Shown: positions 1-25,590, counted from the stretch's first letter. The stretch: DNA of 64,000 bases from Ostrea edulis (GCF_947568905.1 NC_079169.1:88846001-88910000); one strand, 5' to 3'. Notes: generated by a model from the letters alone, not told the origin. Translations and numbers: made by a program.

Positions 1-953
1 AAATAAATGTGAAGGAAAATATTCTTCAAGTTAATGGGAAACACAAACCGGAGTTATTTACCGGAGGTTTTGAGATTGAAGACAGGAAGTTAGAAGTTTG
101 AAATGGATAACATATAATCATTAAACATTTTCTACCAGTATGATTTATAATATTTCCCAACAAGAGCGTGTTAAATAACCTAGAGTTGTCTTCCCTGTAA
201 TGTCCTCCAGTTTCATGTGGCAGGTCTCACTAAATTTCATTAAATGGCCAATTTACTTCCAAATGCTTCAGTATCAATGGAGAAAGTATAGCATCTGATG
301 ATTTTCAAGGTCATTTACATGAAGGTCCAGATCATTTTATATTTTATGCACTTAGTTTAGCTGGGGGGAAGGGGGGGGGGGGGTGTAGTTATTGTATGGA
401 AATATTTTTATTAGATTTCCAGCAACCCACTTTATTCATTGCAGTAATTTGTACAGAAAGTTCAATGTGTTTTATATATATATATATATATATTGCAGTA
501 ATTTGTACAGAAAGTTCAATGTGTTTTATATATATATATATATACATGTATTAATGGTACAGCAATTTTACACATAAAATCAACATTATCATAATTTACA
601 GTTCTCTGAGCAAACAATTCTTCCCGAAATAAAGCATTGGTGATATTTTTATTAACAAGTCGAGGAGATACGAAATATCATTCTTGAGTCTAGCTGTATT
701 CAGTTTATGAAAAATGGAAGATTGTATTTTTAAGAATGTTTGCCATTTGAAAAGTTAGATTATGGAATCTGTTGTCATCTCCAGTACATAATACCTTAGG
801 GAGGCCATATTTTAAATCTTGATTGTTGAATATTTTATTTACAAATATGTACATATACACTCAATGGTAAATATCATGCATTTTTTCATGACAAATTCAA
901 CACTAGAAATTGGACGGATCAAAATAATTTGTGTAACAGTTCGTGACACTGAA

Positions 954-13178
<12,225 letters not shown>

Positions 13179-13317
13179 CGTTTCCGCTTTTGTTGCTTAA
13201 AATTGATAGTTTCTTACAGTTTGTTGTGTTGCTATGCTAAAACAGCCATACACAAATGGCGTATGAAACACTTCCGGTAAAAATAAACTAGGCACTTCCT
13301 TTTCCTGTACAGCCAAC
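13179..13317. promoter_or_regulatory. Compact divergent promoter shared by DRC1 and RPL11
   Basis: Only 139 bp separate the two start codons. Contains an RFX X-box-like GTTGCTATG (13228), a YY1-like AAATGGCG (~13254), an ETS-like CACTTCCGGT (~13269) and a TCT/TOP tract. Confidence 0.75.
13295..13306 (+). promoter_or_regulatory. TCT initiator / 5'TOP pyrimidine tract of RPL11
   Basis: CTTCCTTTTCCT lies 12 nt before the ATG, the canonical ribosomal-protein gene start. Confidence 0.85.
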
Positions 13318-16300
13318 ATGGCGGTTAGTGTCTTGTGTTCTTCATGCCGTAAAAAATCGAGTAACATCCAGTAAACTCTCTACCATTACTTGTGTAAAAC
13401 AATCACACTTTATTGCATAAACACTAGGCAAATTAGAAAGGAGAAATAATCGATCCAGAGATCGTCAGTATTCTAAATAAACCATAATTGACCTCATGAC
13501 AGAAGACAACAGCTTCATCTCGATAATGTATTTTCATTTTGTGAATAGATGTTGATAGTTTTTGTAACTGTACCTATCAGCAACTAAAGTAATAGCAAAT
13601 AATTTACTTCTTGAATAGATATTAAGCATTGCACAGACTACGTCAGTGGTATGTATCATGTAGTTGAGACCAATGCTGGCAATAGTACTCTCCTCTTGAG
13701 GTGTTGACATCGTGTATTGTCCACGATATCCGCCGTCTGATCAATTTGAAGTAATTGTCTTATATTAGTGTGTTGTATAATTCTGACATGTAAGATATAT
13801 TTTGCAGGATAAAACTAAGAAGAAAGAGAAGAAGCAGAATGTTATGCGAGAGCTGAGAATTCAGAAACTGTGCCTCAACATTTGTGTTGGCGAGTCTGGT
13901 GACAGACTGACACGAGCCTCTAAGGTGTTGGAACAGTTAACTGGCCAACAGCCTGTCTTCTCTAAAGGTAACTGTCGAAAATTATTTAGAGTTTGGAACG
14001 GAGTCAAAGCCATATTTTGTGAATGATTCATGGAACACTTCTAGTATACAGGTCCCCAAAATATGGCGCTAGAATAACTGCTCATGCACAGTAGCTGCTG
14101 CTGGGGGTATACTAGACATTTCCCTGATTCATATGTGTAAACACTAAACAGTGATTCAGATTGGAATGCAATTTGATAGGACAGGGCCTAAATGATCAGT
14201 CTATGCGAAAGATGTCGGACCTGACTGATGTGCAGTGCCTCAGGTCAATTCGTCACTTTGTACACCGGACCAGAATGTCCAATGTCTCAGTGTCCGATTT
14301 TGAGCTTTACTATTTTGACGCGGCATCATTTAAATGATTGTTATAAGTAAAAAATATCACACAAATCCAAAATATGTAAATAAATGTGATTAAAACCGCA
14401 TGGACCGTCTAAAAGTATTATACGGGAGGGATCCCTGGTATAGTATTACTAGTATAATAAATATGATTTCCTTGGTTTTGCATTTTCACGTGTTTCACTT
14501 TTTTACATTATGTTTTTTGGCCTGACAAAATTTGATTCAGTCCTTTGTGTTCATTGATTACATAGGACCAAATGTACTGTGTGGTCCAAAAAACTTTCGC
14601 ATAGACTGAATGATACAAAAATTATCGGCCATTTTGGCCCAACTCCATGAAAACTTTAGGTCCTAAATACATGTGAAGCAATGCTGCAAAGTAAACTCAA
14701 AACTTTAAATTTAAACTGACTTTATTTTTCAATTCTTTAGTTTAATTATCATGACTGCAGTCAACTGTTTCGGAATTCTTTTCTGTTGTTCCTGGGTTGC
14801 AATGTGTTGTTTGATTGTTTTTCATTCCATCGATTGAGACGTCACCAGTTGTAACTCAGGGCCATAGCAGTGAGGGCTCTTGCGTGCCAACACCTGCCGC
14901 AACACAGTACTCCGTTTTTAAGGTCGCATCTGAAAGACCTGTGATTCTCACTTCTAAATCTAGTAAATGACGAGTGTTTGGCGAAGGATTAGTGATGTAC
15001 CGATTATCGCTGACTTTCGATTGTCGGTCGCTATAACTGAAACGATGTGAATAATCGATTGCCATTTTGAAAATCAAAAATCGTCGACGTCAGTAATTTT
15101 TAAAAAAAATAATACAAATATTTCTGCTGCAACTTAACTAAAATCCAAAATGGCTGACGAAGCTGAATCATCCGATAAAATTGAATATTGTTTTAATGTC
15201 CCTCTTGAGAATCTTTCACTCATATGGAGACATCACCATTGCCAGTGAAGGGCTGCAAAATGTAGGCCTATGCTCGGCGCTTACAGTCTTTGAGCAGGGA
15301 GGGATCTTTATCGAGCCACACCTGATGTGACACGGCCTGGGACCTCGGATTTTGCCTCTTACAACAAACAAGGGGTATTGAGGCTCTATTCTATACCGGA
15401 TCCCATAAGAACAACAACAAAAGTCGAGAGATCTATCCCTATTCCGGGAAAACAAAATCGAAAGTATGGGATTATTAACTTTAAATTTCTTATGAGTTTA
15501 GACGTCTCAATATGAGTGAAAAATTCCTGAGAGAGATGTTAAACAAGATACAATCAATCAAATGATTTTATTCTAATTAACTTAATATATAGGGTAAAAA
15601 ATAAGTAAATTTAATACATTTATGCCATAAATTTGAAATGAATAAAATTCGATTATTTTTCGATTAATCAACCGAAAAGGTGCATCCGATTAATCCGATC
15701 ATCGATTAATAATTTTTCCCGATTGCCCACCACTACTAACCATGTTTACTTCTTAGGTTTGATGCCCCTATGGCACAAGCGGGACTTGAAGTCACGACCT
15801 CCTAGTTACGAAGCACTGAGCTACCGCAACCAGCAAATCTAATGTTTAATAGGGATTGTTGCCAATCATGATCATCAGACCAGACTCTTCTTTGAAGCCA
15901 TTTTTTTTCAATACTGGTTCCCGGTTGATTGTTGCAAACACAAGCGAGATCAACAGGGGCACCAATTTATTTTTTTTCTCAAAGTAATTTTGATTGGATG
16001 GGAAGTTTTTCAAAAACCAATCAAAATCTTCTTTACAAACGTTCGATTGAGTACTTGTTTTAAGACAAACCATTATTCCTGTGGCCGATAAACACTAAAA
16101 ATGAAAGGCCGTACTGACCGAAAAAAGAAAATTAAATAGGCCATGTTGGCCTTTCTGGAGAATTTTAGTCGGCCATTTTCAATATTTATCGGTCATTTGC
16201 CAATGGCCGACGCCAATCTGAATCACTGTTTAAAGGAGTTCCTTATGTACTCTCATAGGCAAGAAACAATCCTTCTGATGCAGCTGATTGAAACTATTTT

Positions 16301-19300
16301 TTTTTTTTGGTTTAGTGAAATTCAAATGGAATTGCACTAAACACAAGTAAAAGTGAAATCAACCCTAAGTTATAAGTATTTATCCGAGGCCCGTTATTTA
16401 TGTCATTGGACGACTTGTTCAGTACCTTCATTGATGACACTTGGAAGTCTGTGTATTGGATCGTCCATTCTGTATTAAAGGGGCTGATTCACGATTTTCC
16501 CCCAAATTTTGTTTTTCACTGTTTATGATCAAAATCTACTGTCTAATGTGTTCTTCATGCCGTAAAAAATCAAGGTTAGACATGATCACAGAAGCTCATT
16601 TTAGAGAGTTCTGTATTTGTTTTGTAAACAAAGATTGCGGTACATGTATGTATTGTTTACGAAATTTTCAAAAGAAATGGATATCGATCTAAGTTTATTA
16701 TATCTTTCACATTTCAAGCATTCTTCGGGTAAAATGGGTCATCTAAAACTTAAAATTTGTGACTGCAAAATCAAGATGCTTTATATTACAAAATTAATAT
16801 TTCACTTGTTTGTTTGTATTACTTAAAAAGACTCGAGTCTTTATTTACATAACACAGATTTAAGGCTAAATTATTGCTTTTATTCTTGCATTCAGAAGGT
16901 GAAAATTTTGACTGTCAACATTAAATAAGTTATATTTTTAATGTTTAACATCAAAAATGAAAAATATTTTGTTTGAAAATCGTGAACCAGTCCCTTTAAG
17001 ATCACTACCAGGCACCCGTTAACTATCAAATGATAGGTATCGGACGTTGTGTTTCTCAGTTCGCTTGTTAAAAGTGAGGTATTGTGGGAAAGTTCACCAA
17101 GGAAAAATAAAAAATTAAAATTTGTAGATTACTATCTTCTCTTGAACTCTCTGCTACTAAATGACATAGTTAATTCAGTAAAAATAAAAAAGGTTTTATT
17201 TGCAGTAAGGATCATCAGAAAATGCATGCTAATAGTAGCATTAACGATAGAAATTATTGTTGAATTGACCTACAATTGAAGGTGTCGATTTTCCACATCT
17301 TTCTGCTGAGGCATACTGTTTCTTTTAATGAAGATTTACACAGAGAGAACGATCTCCATGTTGCAGTTGTGCACTTTTAAAAAATCGAAAAATAAATTGC
17401 TGGCAGTAATTATTTTGTACATGACATATGAATATAAAGATTTATTTCTTATTGATATTAAGTTAACTATATTTTAAAAAGTGGTTATTACTTAACATCA
17501 GATTCTTGTAGGTGTTTGGTTTTGTATCTTTCAGCCCGCTACACTGTCAGATCTTTTGGTATCAGAAGAAACGAAAAGATTGCTGTACATTGCACTGTGA
17601 GAGGAGCTAAAGCAGAGGAAATTCTGGAGAGAGGACTCAAAGTAAGTTGCAAGCAACAGTGTTATAAAAGTAGGTCAAGACTGCAGCTTACTTCGGCCTC
17701 GTGTCCATAAGGTTCTGTGCCTTGACTAGTGATGAAACGATTGTCACCAATGGTCGATTGTCAGTCGTTCAGAACTTCAGAGACCTACGATGCTACTAAT
17801 CGATTTCAAAGTAAAAGTCGCCGACATCATTGACTTAACAAAATCCGGAAATCACTTAACTTTGTTCGAATTTTATTTTATGGATCTCAAACCCGATCAA
17901 AGATAAGCAAACAAAATGGCGGGAGATATGATTGACGGTAACAACAATGACATTCAACAGTCAAATAAAGGAGCCTATCTCTGATATCTTTGATACATTG
18001 AGATAATGAATATAAATTTCATTACTTGATATATTGGAATTCTGATTTATTTACTTGTGAACAAATGAAGCAAAGAAGAATTCAAATGTTTCCATACATT
18101 TCATGATTCTGTTACATCTAATTTGAGGGGGAAACACTTAAATGCCAATTCTGATTATAATCGTTTACATGTGGCCGATTATTACCGATAATCGATTGTG
18201 GTTTTTGGTCCGATTGCCCATCACTAGGCCCTTGACTTACAATGACTTGCACATGTTGCTGGTAGACCAATTGTTTTCACCAACTTTCAATTCCTCATGT
18301 AGATAGTGTGCATTAGTTATTTGAGACATTCACGAATCACTGAACTTTTCATAAGGTGCAAATTCGAACCCTAGGGTGAAAGTCATGTGATTGACTTAAA
18401 TGGTCACTGAATTAAGGGTAGAACACAGAGCTCGGATAAAATGAAAACTGACTGCTGGCCATGTTAGGATGTGTTCATCTTCTGTTAACTCTTCACATTT
18501 TCCAGAACCACGAGGCCAATCTAGTGTACAAGTTAACATTTTTCTAGTCATGGACATGGCTTTATATGAGGCCACATGTAGGAATATCAACTTTATATAT
18601 TCTTTAAAAATTGGGTGTGATCTTCTGTTGAATATATTCCTAAATGCGTCACAATTTAAAGATTGTATTATTTATTGAACATTGTTTCTTCAGTCTGAGT
18701 TGTAAAATTTCGGTGATTATTTTACAGGTGCGGGAATACGAGTTGAAAAAGAACAACTTTTCATGCACCGGAAACTTTGGGTTCGGTATCCAGGAACACA
18801 TTGATTTGGGAATCAAATACGACCCCTCCATTGGGATTTACGGAATGGACTTCTATGTCGTGCTAAGTCGACCAGGTATATTTATATTTTGGTATATGTG
18901 GTATGCAATAAAATCTTCATATTCTCTTAGACTCGGTCAGTTTTCTTGGATCTGATGGAGGTTTCCTTGACTGCAATAATTTTTGTAATGCAGATATTTG
19001 AGCTAATTTTGTCCCTGAAATCACATCCTACCAAACCAAATAAAAGAGTAGTTCTAGGAACCAAAATTAATTTACATGGATTTACAAGAATTTTTAATTT
19101 TATATATGACAATATTTAGTTCACACTAGTTTCTGTACAAACAGGGTTCGGCACTAACTTTTTTAGGCATTAGTCCTGCCGGACTAGTGCCTGATTACTT
19201 TTACTAGTTCGCAGGAAATTTTATTAGTCTGTCATAAATAGGGAAATAAATGTGCAATTTAAAAAAAAAAAAATGTATAATTTGATACAATGTACTTATA

Positions 19301-22300
19301 ATAGTAATACTTTTCTACCTTTCGATTTTTAATACTCTCGCAGAGCTCCAGATAATTCGTGGCATAGTGGTTAGAGCATCGCGCTCAAAATCACAAGGCT
19401 TCTCACCTCTGCTCGGCGCGGGTTCGAATCCCACTCGCGCTGGTAAGTGAGAAAGTTTCCCAGTTTACTTGCGGAAGGTTGGTGGTCTCTTCCCAGGTAC
19501 ATCGTATCTGGGTTCTCTCTTCCACCAATAATAACTGGGCACCACCAGATAACTCAAAAATTGTTGAGTGTGGCGGAAAATCAATCAATCAACTACCTTT
19601 TTAAGAAAGTATAACAATTAGTCTGTTACATAATACATTTGTTTTGAGTTATCTATAAGCCATCTTTCAAAATTGTCATTGTCATCTAAACGTTTTCGTA
19701 GCGATTATATCATGTAAGAACAAGTTCTGAGCTAACCTCAATTTATACGAATAGATAATTCGTACTTAGAGTATTGTATCACACATATGCATTACTTTAG
19801 GATTGTAAAGCAAATTTACATTCGCTAATGCGTAATTGTACGTCTGATTTTCAACTTTATGCGTATTTGGTAAAAATTAATGAGTATTTACGCTCATATG
19901 CACCTTATCTGGAGCTCTGCTCTCAGTATCTGCTTTGAAAAGATCCCGATAGCTTATTCTGTTTTTCCATTGCGGCATGTGTCGAACTCGTCATGATCAC
20001 TGAAACGTTTCACTTACATGTATCTCAGATTATATTCCAAGTAAGCGTTGACTTGACTAGAAATTACGTGACTACCTGCCATAGTTAGCTAAAAATACGT
20101 TCGGGGTTTTCCAGTCAATTGTCGACAATCGTTAGTAATTATGAACAAACCACCACGAATTTAACAAGTTATCCATATTTCATTAGTAACCGTAAACAAA
20201 CCACCACGAAGTTAATGATGAGATCCATATTTCATATCTATGGAAAACCATAGACAACCACAAATTTAGCTATGAGTCATCCCTCTTTCATATCTATGAG
20301 GTTCTGGTATTTTATGAGAATTGGTTATATATATATAAATATATCTTGGAAAAGTTCAGTTACAGTATATCTGATATTTTGTGATAAAGAATTCCATGTT
20401 ACTGTTGAAAAAGTCAGTGTTTATGATAAATGGAGGATATTCAACATTCTGTAGATATATGTGGAATTTCTAAAGTGGAACAAATGTTTAGTTTTTCAAA
20501 ATTTTGATTGTTTGACAGGTTTCAACATTGCATACAGGCGGCAAAGAAAGAGTAAGATAGGTGTACAACATAAGATTTCAAAGGAGGAAGCCATGAAATG
20601 GTTCCAGCAGAAGGTATGACCCTGTATATGAATATTCATACTGACCCTTTAGCAGCGTGCTTGCCTTGCCAAGCATATTGCTGGCAATTACGATAGGAAA
20701 ATGCAAACATCAAGAGGGAAAAAACTTTGACTACGGTAAAAAACAATGAATCATTGTTCAATATTTTTGAGATGCATCATGAAGGGCCATCTGATTGTCC
20801 AAAACACTGCAAAACTACAATATTATGTTGGCCAAATAAATCGCATTCCAATAACACGGAGCCATATGAAGTTCAGGGCAGTATTTCTGTTGGTGATTTA
20901 GCCAGATTTGAAATGAAATATTTAGAGTTTATTTGTGAACTGGACATTGACCCTACATTAGAGGCAGGGTTGTTAGTGGCAGCTAAATCAGCGACCAAAA
21001 AGCTGTAGATGCCTTCCAGGTTTTAATGTTGAAAGGACGAACGTTTCCAAATTAAGGGGGAAAAAAATGTCAGGTAGCTTTTGCATAACTATGTCAGTGT
21101 AATATGCATCTCTCAAAATAGTTTTACATGTACACAATATGCTTTAATCCTGATATAAAATTTCATATTGTCAAAGTTGAATTTTAAACAATAAAATGTT
21201 GAAATAAAATAAAATGTTTTCCCTACCTACCCTATATTTTTTCAAGCTGGAATAGGAAACACACTATTTATTTATCTTGGCCTAATGACCCTGTATATAA
21301 ATATTTATACTGACCTTGTATATAAATATTCATAATGACCCTGGATATAAGTATTCATACTGCTTGTTAGGGACATCATCAGATATCTATGTTTGATAAA
21401 ACAAGAACTTTCCCCATTTTATCATGTACATTTTCAGTGGACAGACTTTTAGAAATAGTTATCAACACATTGGAGATGCACAGATGATTTTTGAGAGAAG
21501 GGACAGTTTATGTGACATGACATAAAGGGTTTTGTTGAAGCATTTTAACAGGGCTCGAAATTACCATATGCCCATCAGTCTGTGACTGGTTAAAAGTCTG
21601 GCGGACTGACTGACATTTGTTTTAGTCAGTCCGATGGAACTGGTTAATTTTCCAAAGCATCATTTTGGAAAATATACTTTATGAAATTTTATACACATTT
21701 GGCATCTGTAGAAATCTGATTCGTAAATTTTATATAAATCCCACATTTAAGTGTTACAATATTATCTGAGGCATATCGAGTTAAATTTCATTTTAATAAC
21801 GTAAGCGAAATATGTTTAATTATTTCTGGAAAACTCTTTTGGACTGGTAATTTTTTCTGCAGACTGGTGACATATAAAGTTAGCTTCTAGCCCTGTTTAA
21901 AGCACATTAATTAACAATTTCTGGGTGGGTCCTTAGTCCTGGATTTTTGGGGTTTAGGGAGCATTTTTTTGTTTGCAATCAGTAGATTAACATTCAGAGT
22001 AATGAGAAAAGGTAAATTAGTTAAGGATTTCCATATTTATTTTCATTACAGACACTACTGAAGTAGTGTACCCCTATGTAGATTTTTATGAAATTCATTG
22101 GAAACAGTTATCTGTTGTTATTTTAAAATAAAAAAAATAATTTAAATTGCATTTATTTATCAGGAAACATGTCAATAACTAAAACACATGTTATTTTCAA
22201 TATGTTCATCAAGTTTTAGTACAATAAGTGCAAAATTATTGAATTAACCTTATTCTCCAAAATGTTAAAAAACAAACAAATATAGACACAATTTTCTTAT

Positions 22301-24762
22301 AGCATGGTTTACATATCATTTTTTCTGTTTATATTAGGGCTATTCCAGAAATAAATACATGGGGGGGTCGGGAGGCACCTTTTGTATATACCAAGCACCC
22401 ATAAAAAAAAATAAAAAATTACCCCATGACCCATCAAATTAATAAACTCATTTTACAATGACCCATCTAATAAAAAAAAAAACTAACCAGACCCACCACA
22501 AAAATATTTTTAAAAATGAAAACTGTACAAATCTCGCGAGGTTTTCGGGACAAACATTCTAGTCAATGACGTGGTAATGCCTGTGCGACATTGTATCACA
22601 GTAGTTCTGAAGAAACGATGTCACATCAACAATCAAAGGCATCTATGGCGGGAATGTTGGAAAGATTGGGAGTCCAAACGATGCTATTATCATGAAATGG
22701 GTGTGGATATGTTTTTCCACGAATCGTTCGTCTTCTAATGGAGCCCGCGCCCGGAGGCCTCTATATCACCATCACACCGACTGATAAATATAACGCATCG
22801 GTACCCTCGTATAAATCAACTAAGGTTTGCCTATTTTTATTAGAAAACGGAATACCTATTGGTTTCAAAATATTCCCAAAATCGATGCACTGTAAACTGT
22901 AATAATCTACAGAACAGAGTTCGCCGCCATCACGTCCAAAGGGACCCTATTAAACGCGCCTCTAATTTGAAGAGTGCCGTAATGGAAAGTTATGTGCTGC
23001 AAAGAGCGACAACTCGAATAGTTCTATGTTACTTTCGATTTCGAAAGCAGCATTTCGAAAGCACGTTTTCAATTTTCCCTCCGACGTTTTGTAACCAACA
23101 CGACAAGAGCGACAATAAAAATATTCTGAAAACTCAACACCCACGTAGCACAAAATAAAACAATAGAAACTACCCACTACCCATAATAAATATTTTATTA
23201 ACAATCCCACCACGGACCAATTAAAATATAAAAAAAATACGACCACTCACACAAAAAAATATCGTTTGCCGCCCGACCCCCCCATTTGATCATTTCTGGA
23301 ACAGTCCTTAGTAGATGTACATCTGTTATAGTTATTTATGGGAAAAAATCCATACCTTTCCTTAATAATTTTAAATCTGTAGCTTCCAGAGTATGTATAC
23401 CCCCATAAAAACCCTAAGTCTGGGACCATACAACTGAGCTATTCAAAAACCACTCATGGATTAAAATTTTATGTAATTTCATGAAAAGACACAGATAATA
23501 ATTCCTTATCACCTTGGTAAAATGTTTGTGAAAAATATAGGAAATCTATTGCATAATGGACTTGATAAATAATTTAATGAAAACAGAGTTATTGTCCTTG
23601 GATTCAATATTTTGAAACACATAATTGACTATTCAAATATAACTAAGACTTTTTAAATATTTTATGGCTAACAATTTTTTTTACAATAACTATTGAAAAA
23701 GACTCCAACAAAATTTATGTTCCAGTCATTAAATTATTGACTTTGCAAAATCTTATGACGTCACAGGAGTGTGGAACTACGTTCAGGTGACTAAACATGC
23801 ACACAACACGTGCAGCAAAACATATCAGTTTTCTAAACATGCATACAACACATGCAGCAAACCATGTCAGTTTTCTTAACATGCATACAACATTTGCAGC
23901 AAACTGTGTCAGTTTTCTAAACGGACATACAACAGTACAACAAACCATGTCAGTTTTCTAGGTCAACAAGTTAAAGGCTCCATCACACCCTGATTAGAAG
24001 ACACATTTTTGATAACATTTAAATTGAACTAATGTCTTCATCCGATATGTCACGTACAGAAAAGTTCACACTAGTCATTTTTGACAGAAAGCAGCTTGGA
24101 AAGCATTGACCCTTTTTACAAATAATATGAATATTAAGATGAAAATTTGAAAACATTGTAAAAGATTGGTATTCTCTTATAATTTGCTGCTCGTATACCA
24201 TAAAAGCAGAATTTTTAGTGAGGGTTTTGAGATTGGAAAATTGAATATCGCTAACAATTTCGTATGGTTGGTGATGGATATAATTCTTGGGAGTTATAAA
24301 ATAGCTTAAAGTAACTCTTGCTAAATTCACTAAATTTTTGTCTCGGTGAAAATTCCACTTGTACAGTGTTTCTTAATGAGCAAAGCTAAGAACAGTTCAC
24401 ATGATGTACGGCGAACACTCATATAATGAATTCTTGCTTACAATGAAGTGGTTTTTAAAAGCACATGAACTTATTGGATGTAACGAATGACAAAACATAT
24501 CAAAATTGTTTGTTGTAGGTGCTTCATTGTAAGCATGTTTTGCTGTATATTAATGGGTGTTAAAACTTTCATTCTTACTGCGACCTAGTGGACTCGCTTG
24601 AATATTAGACAAAACAACAAAAACATATTGAAGATGTTTGTGTAGAGGACCATGGCTTTAATTTTACAACAGTTCTAGCGTATTCTTGTGAATTTGAAAT
24701 CTGTAATGACATTATTATTTTTTCTTTTTCAGTATGATGGTATCATTCTTCCTGGAAAGTAA
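13318..24762 (+). CDS. RPL11: 60S ribosomal protein L11 (uL5), 6 exons, 181 aa
   Basis: Exons 13318-13323, 13808-13967, 17535-17641, 18728-18875, 20519-20613, 24733-24762; GT-AG, 546 nt. Motifs [65 protein letters not shown] and [25 protein letters not shown]; ends YDGIILPGK*. Confidence 0.98.
14197..14608. mobile_element. MITE with TIR CAGTCTATGCGAAAG
   Basis: Perfect TIRs; AATGAT duplicated on both sides; a paralog lies inverted at 62348-63773. Confidence 0.85.
14812..15835 (-). mobile_element. tRNA-headed SINE (family A), split by a hAT-like MITE
   Basis: Head near 15835 (GCGGTAGCTCAGTG...GTCGTGACTTCAAGTCCCGC) and AAAC-type tail near 14812; body matches the copies at 28640-29680. Confidence 0.65.
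14990..15735. mobile_element. hAT-like MITE (TAGTGATG...CACCACTA) containing SINE fragments
   Basis: Termini related to 17727-18226; contains a family-B SINE-like segment at about 15200-15400. Confidence 0.65.
16479..16995. mobile_element. Kolobok-like MITE with TTAA TSD
   Basis: TTAA|AGGGGCTGATTCACGATTT ... AAATCGTGAACCAGTCCCT|TTAA. Superfamily inferred from purine termini plus TTAA. Confidence 0.75.
17727..18226. mobile_element. hAT-like MITE
   Basis: TAGTGATG...CATCACTA termini with a near-8-bp TSD (GCCTTGAC / CCCTTGAC). Confidence 0.7.
19341..19919. mobile_element. TIR element CAGAGCTCCAGATAA with nested SINE
   Basis: 15-bp perfect TIRs; flanks CTCTCG and CTCTCA (6-bp TSD, one mismatch). 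Confidence 0.75.
19359..19593 (+). mobile_element. tRNA-derived SINE
   Basis: A box GTGGCATAGTGGTTAG and B box GGTTCGAATCC, then a non-tRNA body and an AATC-repeat tail. Confidence 0.8.
21549..21895. mobile_element. CAGGG-terminal MITE with 5-bp TSD (hAT5-like)
   Basis: CAGGGCTCGAAATT...TTCTAGCCCTG with TTTAA on both sides. Confidence 0.75.
22337..23308. mobile_element. TA-flanked TIR element
   Basis: GGGCTATTCCAGAAATAAATACATGGGGG versus reverse complement AGGACTGTTCCAGAAATGATCAAATGGGGG; TA at both ends. Confidence 0.6.
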
Positions 24763-24779
24763 AGACTGTATAAATTAAA

Positions 24780-24785
24780 AATAAA
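24780..24785 (+). terminator. Polyadenylation signal of RPL11
   Basis: AATAAA about 18 nt after the stop codon. Confidence 0.7.
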
Positions 24786-24952
24786 CCCTGGTCGAAGGAC
24801 AGACTCTTGTTATTTAAAGAATACACGTCCAGGTTGTGTGTATTATGAGAGTATAAAGGCACTGGAAGCGAGGAGTAACTTGTATCTGCAGTAATACAAT
24901 ACAGTGAACAAACTGATATTTATTACTGACAAAACATCTGTGAATGTATATA

Positions 24953-25097
24953 CAGTTGATCTTCAGTATCTCGAATACTATAGATGTGTCAAAGTGATTC
25001 GAAGTCCCAACTACTTAATCTTTAAGTATTTTATCCTCAGTTATCTCAAAGGTTTTTTTCTGGGTCCTGTCGAGTTCTTGATAACAAGGTTTGACTG
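24953..25097. mobile_element. Tc1/mariner-pogo-type MITE
   Basis: TA|CAGTTGA...TTGACTG|TA termini. Confidence 0.55.
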
Positions 25098-25311
25098 TAT
25101 ATTGAAATTCACTTGTCCATCAATTTCTGGTTAAAGGATGTTTTGTTCTGAAGTCCATTGATTCATCAAATCCTTGTCACACAGGATTAGTTCTTATGTC
25201 TGGAACTCTGTTTTCCATCAAATCCAAGTCAAAGAACCAGTTCTGTTGAATTCATTAAATCCAAATATATAGTGCCTGTCTGTCACAAAATCTTGTGAAC
25301 ATTTCTCCTGA

Positions 25312-25590
25312 ATATGGCTTATCAGATAGACTGTAGACTGAATATGGCTTATCAGATAGACTGTAGACTGAATATGGCTCATCAGATAGACTGTAGACTG
25401 AATATGGCTTATCAGATAGACTGTAGACTGAATATGGCTCATCAGATAGACTGTAGACTGAATATGGCTTATCAGATAGACTGTAGACTTAATATAGCTC
25501 ATCAGATAGACTGTAGACTGAATATGGCTCATCAGATAGACTGTAGACTGAATATGGCTTATCAAATAGACTAGACTGAATATGGCTTAT
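25312..25590. repeat. 30-bp minisatellite
   Basis: GAATATGGCTTATCAGATAGACTGTAGACT, about 9 copies. It explains ORFs 25218-25565 and 25314-25574 and continues into sequence similar to 35630-35810. Confidence 0.9.

Larger units (their letters stand above)
14149..16228. mobile_element. TIR element (CAGTGATTCAGATTGG) hosting nested insertions
   Basis: Inverted termini at 14149 and 16228; TSD degenerate. Confidence 0.6.

Noticed and set aside
440-545. Two-copy ~58-bp duplication with (TA)n downstream of the DRC1 stop
   Set aside because: An ordinary microsatellite-associated local duplication with no further structure.
18761-18772. Cys in RPL11 [11 protein letters not shown] where human has Asp
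   Set aside because: This position varies among eukaryotes (for example Ala in yeast, from recall); a single substitution is not enough to flag.
19359-19440. tRNA gene-like sequence in RPL11 intron 4
   Set aside because: It continues into a SINE body and an AATC tail, with no clean cloverleaf.
20727-21008. 93-aa ORF in RPL11 intron 5
   Set aside because: No ATG start, no recognisable domain, and it lies within an apparent inserted repeat segment.
13324-24732. Intronic snoRNAs, often hosted by ribosomal protein genes
   Set aside because: A manual scan found C-box-like ATGATGA at about 20215 and TTGATGA at about 16431, but no properly spaced D box or terminal stem. H/ACA RNAs cannot be excluded by eye; Infernal/snoscan would decide.
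25218-25574. Repetitive ORFs (SHIQSTVYL / AYQIDCRLN repeats) and CRISPR-like periodicity
   Set aside because: A pure 30-bp tandem repeat without unique spacers, in a eukaryotic context with no cas genes; the ORFs are artefacts of unit length.
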